DNA from: Bacteroides sp.
Lineage (GTDB): Bacteria; Bacteroidota; Bacteroidia; Bacteroidales; Bacteroidaceae
Reading direction: 5' to 3'
Assembly: GCF_019417265.1 (NCBI RefSeq)
Contig: NZ_DXVR01000001.1
Coordinates: 9,018-73,017 of the forward strand
DNA: 64,000 nucleotides
Part shown: positions 1-8,675 of the stretch, piece by piece
Numbering within the stretch: position 1 is the stretch's first letter
Layout: each line of letters begins with the position of its first letter
The notes under the pieces: model-generated
What the model saw: only the letters and a program-made list of their open reading frames with translations
What the model was told of the DNA's origin: nothing
Database searches by the model: none
Program-made: the position numbers and the translations under genes

Positions 1-240
1 AACATAGGCTGTTCGGAACCTGTCAAACTGATGGATTTCATAAAAGAAATGGAACAGGCATTAGGAAAAGAAGCAATAAAGGAATATCTCCCTATGCAGA
101 AGGGAGATGTATTCCAGACATATGCTGATACCACAAAACTTGAGCAAGAAACAGGATATAAACCGCAAATAAGCCTGCACGAAGGTATCACGAGATTTAT
201 CGAATGGTATAAGTCAGACCGTAACCCTTTAAAAGAATAA
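1..240 (+). CDS. NAD-dependent nucleotide-sugar epimerase (UDP-glucuronate 4-epimerase-like), 3' part only
   Basis: Frame is open from base 1 (NIGCSEPVKLMDFI...LPMQKGDVFQTYADTTKL...GYKP...EGITRFIEWY), the typical C-terminus of WcaG/GAE-type extended SDR epimerases. Truncated by the window edge. Confidence 0.85.
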   Translation, partial: NIGCSEPVKLMDFIKEMEQALGKEAIKEYLPMQKGDVFQTYADTTKLEQETGYKPQISLHEGITRFIEWYKSDRNPLKE

Positions 241-281
241 AAAACAATCATACTGAAAACTTATCAAAAAATTAAATAAAG

Positions 282-1214
282 ATGGATATTGATCTGGTAT
301 ATCTGTGGGTTGACGGTAACGACCCTAAATGGCAAATTAAACGTGATACATATATAGGGAAACCAATAGAAAAGTCCGGAATAAATTGCAAAGGACGCTA
401 TGCCAATAATGACGAGCTGAAATACAGTTTACGTTCAATAGAAGCATACGCCCCATGGATAAATAAAATATTTATAGTTACCGATAATCAAATCCCAGAC
501 TGGCTGGATACATCAAACCCTAAAGTCAGAATTGTAGACCATACAGAAATACTTCCTCCAGAGAGTCTGCCATGCTTTAATTCAAGTGTACTGGAACATT
601 TCATATGCAAAATACCAAGCTTATCAGAACATTTCTTATATGCAAACGATGATATGTTTATAAACAAGCCTGTTCTTCCAACTACATTTTACGCAGAAGA
701 CGGATTACCAATCATCCGTACAACATACAGCAGATTAAGAGACTGGTTTCTATTATTCAAAAAGAGATTTTTTGGTGTACCCTTAAAAAACTATGTCCAA
801 AAGATACGTAATTCGGCTTTATTGGTTAAAAAGAGATATGGAACATATTATAATGTAAAACCACATCACAACATCGACGCATATCTAAAAAGTGATTGCC
901 TACGTGTTGAAGAAATGTTTAAAGACGAATTGTGGAAAACGTTCTCAAATCACATGCGTAATTCAATGGATTATCAACGCAGCCTATACACTTTTGTAGC
1001 TTTGGCAGAAAAACGATGTCATCAAATTTCAATTACACAGAAAACTTCTTTCAGATTTCATATACAAAAAATAAAGCACTATAATAAATTAAAGAAATAT
1101 AATCCTACATTTTTCTGCATGAATGACTCTGAATATGCAAATGATGAAGACAGAAAAAGGGTGAAAGAGTTTCTGAATAAACGTTTTCCTCAAAAATCAC
1201 AATTTGAGAAATAA
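282..1214 (+). CDS. Stealth-family hexose-1-phosphate transferase (copy 1)
   Basis: Stealth conserved regions: CR1 IDLVYLWVDGNDPKW; CR2 ELKYSLRSIEAYAPW...FNSSVLEH...SEHFLYANDDMF; CR4 FFCMND...FPQKSQFE. Confidence 0.92.
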   Translation: MDIDLVYLWVDGNDPKWQIKRDTYIGKPIEKSGINCKGRYANNDELKYSLRSIEAYAPWINKIFIVTDNQIPDWLDTSNPKVRIVDHTEILPPESLPCFNSSVLEHFICKIPSLSEHFLYANDDMFINKPVLPTTFYAEDGLPIIRTTYSRLRDWFLLFKKRFFGVPLKNYVQKIRNSALLVKKRYGTYYNVKPHHNIDAYLKSDCLRVEEMFKDELWKTFSNHMRNSMDYQRSLYTFVALAEKRCHQISITQKTSFRFHIQKIKHYNKLKKYNPTFFCMNDSEYANDEDRKRVKEFLNKRFPQKSQFEK

Positions 1215-1244
1215 AATACATATAACCTATAAAATAACACATTA

Positions 1245-2177
1245 ATGGAAATAGATTTAGTATATCTATGGGTTGATGGTAACGACCCTGTGTGGCAAGC
1301 AAAACGGAACGCTATTATTGGCAAAACGGAAGAAAGTTCGTCTGTAAACTGTAAAGGTAGATACGCAAACAATGATGAATTAAAATACAGCCTCCGCTCA
1401 ATAGATTTATATGCTCCATGGATACATAAAATATATATTGTAACGGATAATCAGATACCAGATTGGCTGGATACATCTAATTCTAAAATAAGAATAGTAG
1501 ACCATAAAGAAATAATGCCGGAAATAAGTTTACCTTGTTTCTGTTCTACTGTCATAGAACACTTTATATACAAAATACCCGGGCTTTCAGAACACTTCAT
1601 TTATGCAAATGATGATATGTATATCAACAAGCCTGTTACCGAAGAAACATTCTTTGCCAAGGACGGACTTCCTATAATTCGTTTCAACCGCAGGCTATTC
1701 AGAAAACTGACATTGCTTCTAAAAGAAAAAGTATTAAAAAGGCGACTTAGCAATTATGTCATAAATATAAAAAATGCAGCAGAACTTGTCAAAAAGAAAT
1801 ATGGCATATACTATAACGGTAAAAGTCATCACAATATAGATGCCTACCTGAAAAGTCAATGCGAACACGTAGTTCAAGTTTTTAAGGATGAAATAGAAGC
1901 TACATATCCTAACCACATGCGCTGCGCAAGCAATATACAAAGAAATATTTATTCATATGTAGCGCTGGCAGAAAAAAAAGCGCACTTGAATTATGTCACA
2001 CAAAAGACTTCATTCAGACTCCATATCCATAAAGAAAACCATTATGAGAAGATGAAAAAATGTAACCCTACTTTCTTCTGCATGAATGATTCAGAATATG
2101 CAACAGACAATGACAGACTAAGGGCAAAAGCGTTTTTAGAAAAACGCTTCCCTGAAAAGTCGCAATTTGAAAAATAA
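1245..2177 (+). CDS. Stealth-family hexose-1-phosphate transferase (copy 2, tandem paralogue)
   Basis: Same length (310 aa) and same CR1/CR2/CR4 motifs as 282..1214. Confidence 0.92.
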   Translation: MEIDLVYLWVDGNDPVWQAKRNAIIGKTEESSSVNCKGRYANNDELKYSLRSIDLYAPWIHKIYIVTDNQIPDWLDTSNSKIRIVDHKEIMPEISLPCFCSTVIEHFIYKIPGLSEHFIYANDDMYINKPVTEETFFAKDGLPIIRFNRRLFRKLTLLLKEKVLKRRLSNYVINIKNAAELVKKKYGIYYNGKSHHNIDAYLKSQCEHVVQVFKDEIEATYPNHMRCASNIQRNIYSYVALAEKKAHLNYVTQKTSFRLHIHKENHYEKMKKCNPTFFCMNDSEYATDNDRLRAKAFLEKRFPEKSQFEK

Positions 2178-2180
2178 CCC

Positions 2181-3059
2181 TTAGTCATCTTTGATATCAT
2201 TCAAATCATAACGGTTAAAATATTGCATTGTTATAAATCTGGTTTTTCCTGCAGCTCTTCCACGAGATTGTTTTTCAACAAACTCTTCATACGATCTTAC
2301 AGCATAATGGTTTATGCGTATCACGTCCTGCTGCGGTTCACGTTCCCAGAAGTTTTGTTTGATAAGATTGCCATGAGAATCAGCTGCATAACCAGATATT
2401 CTGGCTACCTCATGGCAACCTATCATAGAGAATACTCTACGAGGATTTACAATACTCTTAACGTGTCTATTCAAAAAATGTCCGGGCAATGAATGATATT
2501 TGAACCTCTCCATCATAGTTCCCGGTTGTTTTGTTTTTGCTCCACCACTTCCATAAATCAACCAGTTGACTTCTACGGCAGGAAAGCTTTCAAATCTATT
2601 CAGGAACTCAGGTATTGTTTTATCTTTTATAGGAACAATAAATTCATCCAAATCAATAAATGCAATCCAACGAGTATCAAAACGATGCTTTTCAAGACAA
2701 TCATCATAAGCAGCCAGCTGTTTTTTAAAGCCAGGGGAAAAAGTATATTCCACCAATCCTGATTCTATATATGGCGCAAGAACTTCTTTTATGCAATCCG
2801 TACTATCATTATCATAGACATAGAACTTATCTACACCCATTTTATGATGCCACTCAATCCATTCTTTAAAATACGGTCCTTCATTCCTAGCTATTGCACA
2901 AACTGCCAGATAGTATTTCGGTTGAGTATTGTTATGCTTCAATTCGTACATGAGTTTAACGGCATTAAACAATCCAAAACGCAAAATACCACGCCATCTG
3001 TTACGTGTCATTTTATGGGGTATCACACCAGCTATAATTTCTGCAAGCACTTTATTCAT
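2181..3059 (-). CDS. GT-A fold glycosyltransferase (GT92 / Glyco_tranf_2_4-like)
   Basis: AVCAIARNEGPYFKEWIEWH...FYVYDNDSTD, WIAFIDLDEF (DxD motif) and late INHY motif. Confidence 0.85.
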   Translation of the reverse strand: MNKVLAEIIAGVIPHKMTRNRWRGILRFGLFNAVKLMYELKHNNTQPKYYLAVCAIARNEGPYFKEWIEWHHKMGVDKFYVYDNDSTDCIKEVLAPYIESGLVEYTFSPGFKKQLAAYDDCLEKHRFDTRWIAFIDLDEFIVPIKDKTIPEFLNRFESFPAVEVNWLIYGSGGAKTKQPGTMMERFKYHSLPGHFLNRHVKSIVNPRRVFSMIGCHEVARISGYAADSHGNLIKQNFWEREPQQDVIRINHYAVRSYEEFVEKQSRGRAAGKTRFITMQYFNRYDLNDIKDD

Positions 3060-3080
3060 ATCAATATAGCCAAATAAAGA

Positions 3081-4073
3081 TTACAATTCAAAAGTTGATT
3101 TTTCCGGAAGTATAGTATCAAAAGCTTTCTGTAAGTTTTCCATAACCTGCGAATAATTACGTATATGTACATTATCATTCAGGCATATCAGTTTATACGA
3201 TTGATTATATATAGCTTTTACCGCCTGTTTTGGTTTTATCATAAGCGGAAACATCTTTGTGTCACTATAAGTATTGTAAGGTTCAAAGTTTCCCTTACAG
3301 ATTTGCCATGTACGGAATAATTCCGGAGTATAATCAGTAAATGACCTGAATTTGTTTCTTGAAGCCTCAGTCAGTTCTTTCTCAACAACAGACCATACCT
3401 CTTCAAAAGTGCTCTTCAAATACGGCTGAGCATTATGAGGAGTACGCAGAGGAATGAATTTGTTATATGGTTTAAGTATATAGTTCCAGCGTGCTTTTGA
3501 ACCGTAACTTCTATCGAACCATTTATCATGATCTCTAACCATTATCTCTTTCTTATCAAAATAACGGTTTATAATACCTATGCTATTTTGAAGTGTCTTA
3601 TACCACTGCGACCAAGAAGGATTATACTTAAAAGCAGCAATATCACATGGCAATCCATTCTTGAAAAATCGTTCTGCACCTATTTTGTCTATAATATAGA
3701 AGTCATCATTAAAATAAACAAAATGCTCTGACAGTCCGGGTATCTTATGTAAATAATACTCTATCACTACTGAATTGAAAGTAGGCAGAAACTGCTCCGG
3801 AATATAATCTTTATGGCTTACAAGATTAATCTTCGGATTGCTCACATCAAGCCATTCAGGACACTGTCCGCTTGTTACGAAATGTATCTTTCGTACCCAT
3901 GGAGCAAACTTTTCCACTCCACGGAACCAATATTTCAAAAAACCGTAATCACGAAAACGCGCTTCGGATACTCCATTTTTTATATTATTTCCATTACCTG
4001 AATACTTTCTAAACTCTGCTTGCCATTTAGGGTCGTTCATGTCAACCCATGTGATTACAAAATCAATATCCAT
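3081..4073 (-). CDS. Stealth-family hexose-1-phosphate transferase (copy 3, divergent)
   Basis: MDIDFVITWVDMNDPKW (CR1); RFRDYGFLKYWFRGVEKFAPW...PTFNSVVIE...HFVYFNDD (CR2); LICLND...PEKSTFE (CR4). Start moved to the ATG at 4073 because CR1 is normally N-terminal and the longer ORF overlaps the next gene. Confidence 0.9.
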   Translation of the reverse strand: MDIDFVITWVDMNDPKWQAEFRKYSGNGNNIKNGVSEARFRDYGFLKYWFRGVEKFAPWVRKIHFVTSGQCPEWLDVSNPKINLVSHKDYIPEQFLPTFNSVVIEYYLHKIPGLSEHFVYFNDDFYIIDKIGAERFFKNGLPCDIAAFKYNPSWSQWYKTLQNSIGIINRYFDKKEIMVRDHDKWFDRSYGSKARWNYILKPYNKFIPLRTPHNAQPYLKSTFEEVWSVVEKELTEASRNKFRSFTDYTPELFRTWQICKGNFEPYNTYSDTKMFPLMIKPKQAVKAIYNQSYKLICLNDNVHIRNYSQVMENLQKAFDTILPEKSTFEL

Positions 4074-4110
4074 ACTATTAGAATTTAAACTTATACAAAC
4101 CTGTTCACTT

Positions 4111-4983
4111 TCACAATTTCTCAGCATTTCTGAATCGGTTGTGACTCCACAAATACAATTCAGGTTGAGTCCTGATACATTTTTCCAGCATTTGATAGTA
4201 AATTGCCGTCAATTCAAAATCGGGCAACGATTTTGGATTATCATGCACCTTTACAAACCTTGCCTCGTAATATCCTCTTTTTACTCTCTTAACATCAAGG
4301 AAGAAAGCTCCAAAGTCATAATGTTTTGTTATCTTTTCCGTTCCTGTCAGTACAGGAGTATTATGATTAAGAAAATGTAGGAAATGACGCGAATCTTTCT
4401 TTCTTGGAGACTGGTCGGCAATAAAACCTATAATACAAACCTTGTTTTCTGTAGCCAATTCATTGACATAACGTGCCGTCTTACGCATTTCAACACAAAC
4501 CGCCCCCATACGTTCACGGATATACAGCATCAGCCTATCCATATTTTTGTTACTAAGTTTGTGATATATTTGTGCTCCTATTACATTTTTATCAATATGC
4601 AATGGAATAGACGACATCCACTCCCAATTACTATAATGTCCTAAAAAAAGTGAGACTGACTTTCCACTCCTCATTAAAGCATTAACCTCTTCAACATTCA
4701 TAAATTTCACACGTTGAATCATTTCCTTACGAGAGATGGTAAACATCTTTAAACTTTCAAGAATATTGTCTGTAAAGAAAGAATAAAAATTCTTCTCTAT
4801 TTTCTTTATATCATCTTCACTCTTTTCAGGAAAAGATTCAGTAAGATTTTTACGCACTATACGTCTTCTATAACGGAATATATAATATACAAAAAAATAC
4901 AAGCCATCTGATATTATATACAATAAACAAAAAGGGACATAAGAGAAAAGTCTCAGAAAAAAAGAAAGCAAATGATATGTCAT
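4111..4983 (-). CDS. Lipid A late acyltransferase (LpxL/HtrB family)
   Basis: N-terminal membrane segment, YRRRIVRKNL, GHYSNWEW (HxxxxE), FIADQSP, PELYLWSHNRFR. Confidence 0.88.
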   Translation of the reverse strand: MTYHLLSFFLRLFSYVPFCLLYIISDGLYFFVYYIFRYRRRIVRKNLTESFPEKSEDDIKKIEKNFYSFFTDNILESLKMFTISRKEMIQRVKFMNVEEVNALMRSGKSVSLFLGHYSNWEWMSSIPLHIDKNVIGAQIYHKLSNKNMDRLMLYIRERMGAVCVEMRKTARYVNELATENKVCIIGFIADQSPRKKDSRHFLHFLNHNTPVLTGTEKITKHYDFGAFFLDVKRVKRGYYEARFVKVHDNPKSLPDFELTAIYYQMLEKCIRTQPELYLWSHNRFRNAEKL

Positions 4984-5036
4984 TTTCTCATTTATTTAGT
5001 AGTTATAAATAGGAATAATATATTGTATGTTACAAA

Positions 5037-5942
5037 TTAAACAGTAGGCTCAGGCAGTTCAATCCAACTTCCCAATTTATAATCCCACTCTTCAGGAGTA
5101 AATTCTTTAAATCCACTTGAATCGAAAAAAGTTAGCTCACCAAAATAAATATGCCCTTTAACTTCATACAAATCAACTCTTACGTGTGGAATACCGCTTG
5201 ATAATTTTTCGGCAATAGCCTTCATTTCATCAAATGTTTGCGGCTTTTTAATTTCTTTCTTTGAATTTGGTCCTCCTTGTGAGAATGGCAATCTATTAAA
5301 ATTATCATCAAAATAATCAAACTCTGTATCACCTAAAAATCTATTATTAGAGATACACACGCACTTTACAAGTCCATTAAAACAATATAATTTGTAATCA
5401 TTTAAAGTAGAAGAATCTTCATTTTCCAGGAATTTCTCAGCAATAATCCTCTTTTTTACATTCTTATATGGCCATTCTCTATACTTATAGAAAAGATTAT
5501 TCTTCATTGATTTTTTAAGACGACTCAAAGTTTCTTTCCTGTTGAGTTTCTGCTTATCTTTACAAATCACACATCCTCTGCTTCCTCCATCGTGAGTAGT
5601 TTTTATTACAAACTTATCGGGAAGCATATCAAAATCAATATCTTCGGGTCTGTCCCATACGAAAAGATTGGGAACAACATACTGTTCCCCAATCTTGTTT
5701 TTTACATATTCCTTAACTGCATATTTATCGACCATCATAGTATACTCCGGCCTGCGATTGTACAGTTTCATCCATTGAAGTTTATCATTAAATGTTTCAG
5801 GATTATCCCAGTTTATCCATCTACCCATTTTATATCTGTACACCACCTTTATATAAAGCTTATCAGGGATAAACCTGCGGCAAATCATAAACAGAGTGAA
5901 TATCACACCCCATTGTATTGATTTCTTTCTTTTACTATTCAT
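5037..5942 (-). CDS. TupA-like ATP-grasp protein
   Basis: NPETFNDKLQWMKL, VDKYAVKEYV, FVIKTTHDGG, REWPYKNV, DYKLYCFNG, VRVDLY...FGELTF: motifs of polysaccharide-locus ATP-grasp (TupA) proteins. Confidence 0.88.
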   Translation of the reverse strand: MNSKRKKSIQWGVIFTLFMICRRFIPDKLYIKVVYRYKMGRWINWDNPETFNDKLQWMKLYNRRPEYTMMVDKYAVKEYVKNKIGEQYVVPNLFVWDRPEDIDFDMLPDKFVIKTTHDGGSRGCVICKDKQKLNRKETLSRLKKSMKNNLFYKYREWPYKNVKKRIIAEKFLENEDSSTLNDYKLYCFNGLVKCVCISNNRFLGDTEFDYFDDNFNRLPFSQGGPNSKKEIKKPQTFDEMKAIAEKLSSGIPHVRVDLYEVKGHIYFGELTFFDSSGFKEFTPEEWDYKLGSWIELPEPTV

Positions 5943-5959
5943 AGCAAATAATAAACAGC

Positions 5960-7486
5960 TTACTTCAGGACTTCAATTGCTTTTTCTATACGTCTGATAG
6001 TTTCCTCCTTACCGAGAAGTTCTGTAATATCGAACATGTGCGGTCCCTTGCACTCGCCTACCACAGCCAGACGGAAAGCATTCATCACATTACCCATGTG
6101 ATATTCCTTCTCAGTAATCCAGCCGATAACGATGTCTTCCGATGGTTTTGAACTGAAATCTTCAATGCCACGCAATACTTCTATCAATTCGTTCATGATG
6201 CGAGGAGTATCTTCTTTCCAACGTTTCTTGACGTCCTTTTCTGCATAAGTTTCAGGAGCGACAAAGAAGAAACGAGCCTGTTCCCACAATTCCTTAACAA
6301 AGTTCACACGGCTCTTAACCAATGAAACAGCCGAAGTGAGATAAGCGTCGCTATAAGCAGAAGCATCTACTCCATTAGCCGCCAATACAGGCTTGAACAG
6401 TTCTGCTATCTCTGCATCGTCTTTCTTCAGGATATACTCATGGTTGAACCAGCGAGCCTTTTCGTAGTCAAATTTCGCCCCGGCCTTGCTGCAACGGTGC
6501 AGGTCGAAAAGCTTAACCAGTTCGTCAAGCGACATGATTTCCTGGTCATTACCCGGATTCCAGCCCAATAGAGCAAGGAAGTTGATAACCGCTTCAGGAA
6601 GATAACCTGATTCACGGTAGCCTGAAGAAACCTCACCGGTCTTAGGGTCATGCCATTCCAACGGGAATACAGGGAAACCAAGACGGTCGCCGTCACGCTT
6701 GCTCAATTTACCGTTTCCGTCCGGTTTAAGCAGCAAAGGCAGATGAGCGAACTCAGGCATAGTGTCTGCCCATCCGAATGCTCTGTAAAGAAGCACGTGA
6801 AGCGGAGCAGAAGGCAACCACTCTTCACCACGGATTACGTGAGTAACTTCCATCAGGTGGTCGTCAACGATATTTGCAAGATGGTATGTAGGAAGTTCAT
6901 CTGCCGATTTGTACAATACTTTATCATCAAGGATAGACGAGTTGATAACCACATCTCCACGGATAATATCATTTACATGTACATCCTCGTTCGGCTCTAT
7001 CTTGAAACGTACCACATACTGTTTACCTTCAGCGACAAGAGCATCTACTTCTTCCTTACTCATTGACAATGAGTTACGCATTGAAAGACGTGTAGAAGCA
7101 TCATACTGGAAGTTAGGGATTTCCTTTCTTTTGGCGTCAAGTTCCTCAGGAGTATCGAAAGCTATATATGCTTTACCGTTATCCAGCAGGACCTGAACAT
7201 ATTTCTTATATATATCACGACGTTCCGACTGACGGTAAGGGCCGTAGTTTCCACCAAAACTAACGCCTTCATCGAAATTGATACCCAACCATTTGAATGA
7301 TTCGATGATATACTCTTCCGCACCAGGAACGAAACGGTTTGAGTCAGTATCCTCTATACGGAAAATAAGGTCTCCGCCATGCTGACGGGCAAAGAGATAA
7401 TTGTACAAGGCAGTACGCACACCGCCGATATGCAACGCACCTGTAGGGCTTGGTGCGAAACGAACTCTTACTTTTCTTTCTGACAT
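5960..7486 (-). CDS. gltX: Glutamate--tRNA ligase
   Basis: [14 protein letters not shown] (HIGH) and KLSKR motifs. Start set at the ATG of [10 protein letters not shown]. Confidence 0.97.
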   Translation of the reverse strand: MSERKVRVRFAPSPTGALHIGGVRTALYNYLFARQHGGDLIFRIEDTDSNRFVPGAEEYIIESFKWLGINFDEGVSFGGNYGPYRQSERRDIYKKYVQVLLDNGKAYIAFDTPEELDAKRKEIPNFQYDASTRLSMRNSLSMSKEEVDALVAEGKQYVVRFKIEPNEDVHVNDIIRGDVVINSSILDDKVLYKSADELPTYHLANIVDDHLMEVTHVIRGEEWLPSAPLHVLLYRAFGWADTMPEFAHLPLLLKPDGNGKLSKRDGDRLGFPVFPLEWHDPKTGEVSSGYRESGYLPEAVINFLALLGWNPGNDQEIMSLDELVKLFDLHRCSKAGAKFDYEKARWFNHEYILKKDDAEIAELFKPVLAANGVDASAYSDAYLTSAVSLVKSRVNFVKELWEQARFFFVAPETYAEKDVKKRWKEDTPRIMNELIEVLRGIEDFSSKPSEDIVIGWITEKEYHMGNVMNAFRLAVVGECKGPHMFDITELLGKEETIRRIEKAIEVLK

Positions 7487-7511
7487 ATTGATTTTCAACT
7501 AAAATATTACG

Positions 7512-7519
7512 CAAAAGTA
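7512..7519 (-). promoter_or_regulatory. Bacteroidetes -7 promoter element for gltX
   Basis: TACTTTTG on the minus strand matches TAnnTTTG, about 25 bp upstream of the start. Confidence 0.55.
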
Positions 7520-7526
7520 ATCTAAA

Positions 7527-7559
7527 TTTCCCGTTTTTTGCTTATTTTGCACCCAAAAT
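7527..7559 (+). repeat. 33-bp direct repeat, copy 1 (promoter-like)
   Basis: TTTCCCGTTTTTTGCTTATTTTGCACCCAAAAT, identical to 8632..8664. Confidence 0.9.
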
Positions 7560-7617
7560 TCTTTATATATGGAGAAAATACATGTAAAGATTTTAGTTTT
7601 AACAAAAATCTAAAGAA

Positions 7618-8612
7618 ATGCGCAAATTATACGGTAAGGAATACAAACATTTGGAAACAAAGAATCTGTTTAGAGAACTTTTTCTTGGATTAAGAATATT
7701 CATAAAATCAAGAAATACCAATAAGTCCAAAGCTAAAAACATTCATATCGCCATGATTGACGGAGAGACTTATCATGGTGGAATGTGCGACAGATTTAAA
7801 GGAATAATAACCCTGTACGCATATTGCAAATATAAGAACTTGCCATTCAGGATAAAATATACATATCCATTCCGGCTGGAAGATTATCTGTCTCCAACCG
7901 CATACGATTGGACTCTCAAAGAAAACGAATATACAGACTGCCCTTTATACTGTAGGACGTTATACATGAGAAGAGAGCATCTTGGCAGAAGGCTTATAAG
8001 GCTAAAAAGCAAAAAACAAATTCATTTCTACAGCAACTTGGATTGCCTTCCACATATAAACGAAGCGTTCAAGGATTATACGGACACAAAAACATGGGGA
8101 GAGTTATTCAAAGAGTTGTTTAAACCTGCAACGATATTGGAAGAACGCCTGAAATCGATAAAAAAGGAAATAGGAGACGGATATTATGCCGCAGTTTTCC
8201 GCTTCCAGAACCTTTTGGGAGACTTCAAGGAGTACAAATACAAACCAATAGGAGACAGCGATAAGGCCGAAGAGTTAATAGACAAGTGCATAAAATCGAT
8301 ATTGAGTTTAAAAAAGAAGCATGGTAACCAGCCATTATTAATAACATCGGACAGCATAACATTCCTTAAACGAGTTTCAGGGATAGAAGGAGTACACATT
8401 ATACCCGGCTCATTGGCCCATATGGATGGGGGGGGGGGGATAACATGAGAAAAGTATCGTTTGAAATATATCTGAAATCATTTTTGGATTTCTACATGTT
8501 ATGCGATGCGACAAAGATTTACAGAATAGGAACATCTTATATGTATGAAAGCGAATTTCCCGTTTATGCGGCCAAAGTCAACAATATTCCATTTGAAAGC
8601 ATCATAATATAA
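7618..8612 (+). pseudogene. Fucosyltransferase-like (GT-B) gene frameshifted at a G12 tract (possibly phase-variable, OFF state)
   Basis: ORF 7618..8448 has GGMCDRFKG, AVFRFQNLLGDF and LLITSDS, and stops 2 codons after G12 (8428-8439). Another frame continues DNMRKVSFEIYLKSFLDFYMLCDATKIYRIGTSYMYESEFPVYAAKVNNIPFESIII to TAA at 8610-8612. Confidence 0.75.
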
Positions 8613-8631
8613 AATCCACGGATTTATGAAC

Positions 8632-8664
8632 TTTCCCGTTTTTTGCTTATTTTGCACCCAAAAT
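8632..8664 (+). repeat. 33-bp direct repeat, copy 2
   Basis: Identical to 7527..7559; ends 11 bp before the ATG of the HD protein. Confidence 0.9.
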
Positions 8665-8675
8665 ATACATTGATT

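Noticed and set aside
4074..4127. N-terminal extensions given by the ORF track (also 8643, 16088, 33822, 50089, 61008)
   Set aside because: They run through promoter, repeat or terminator DNA or overlap neighbours; downstream ATGs match the family N-termini.
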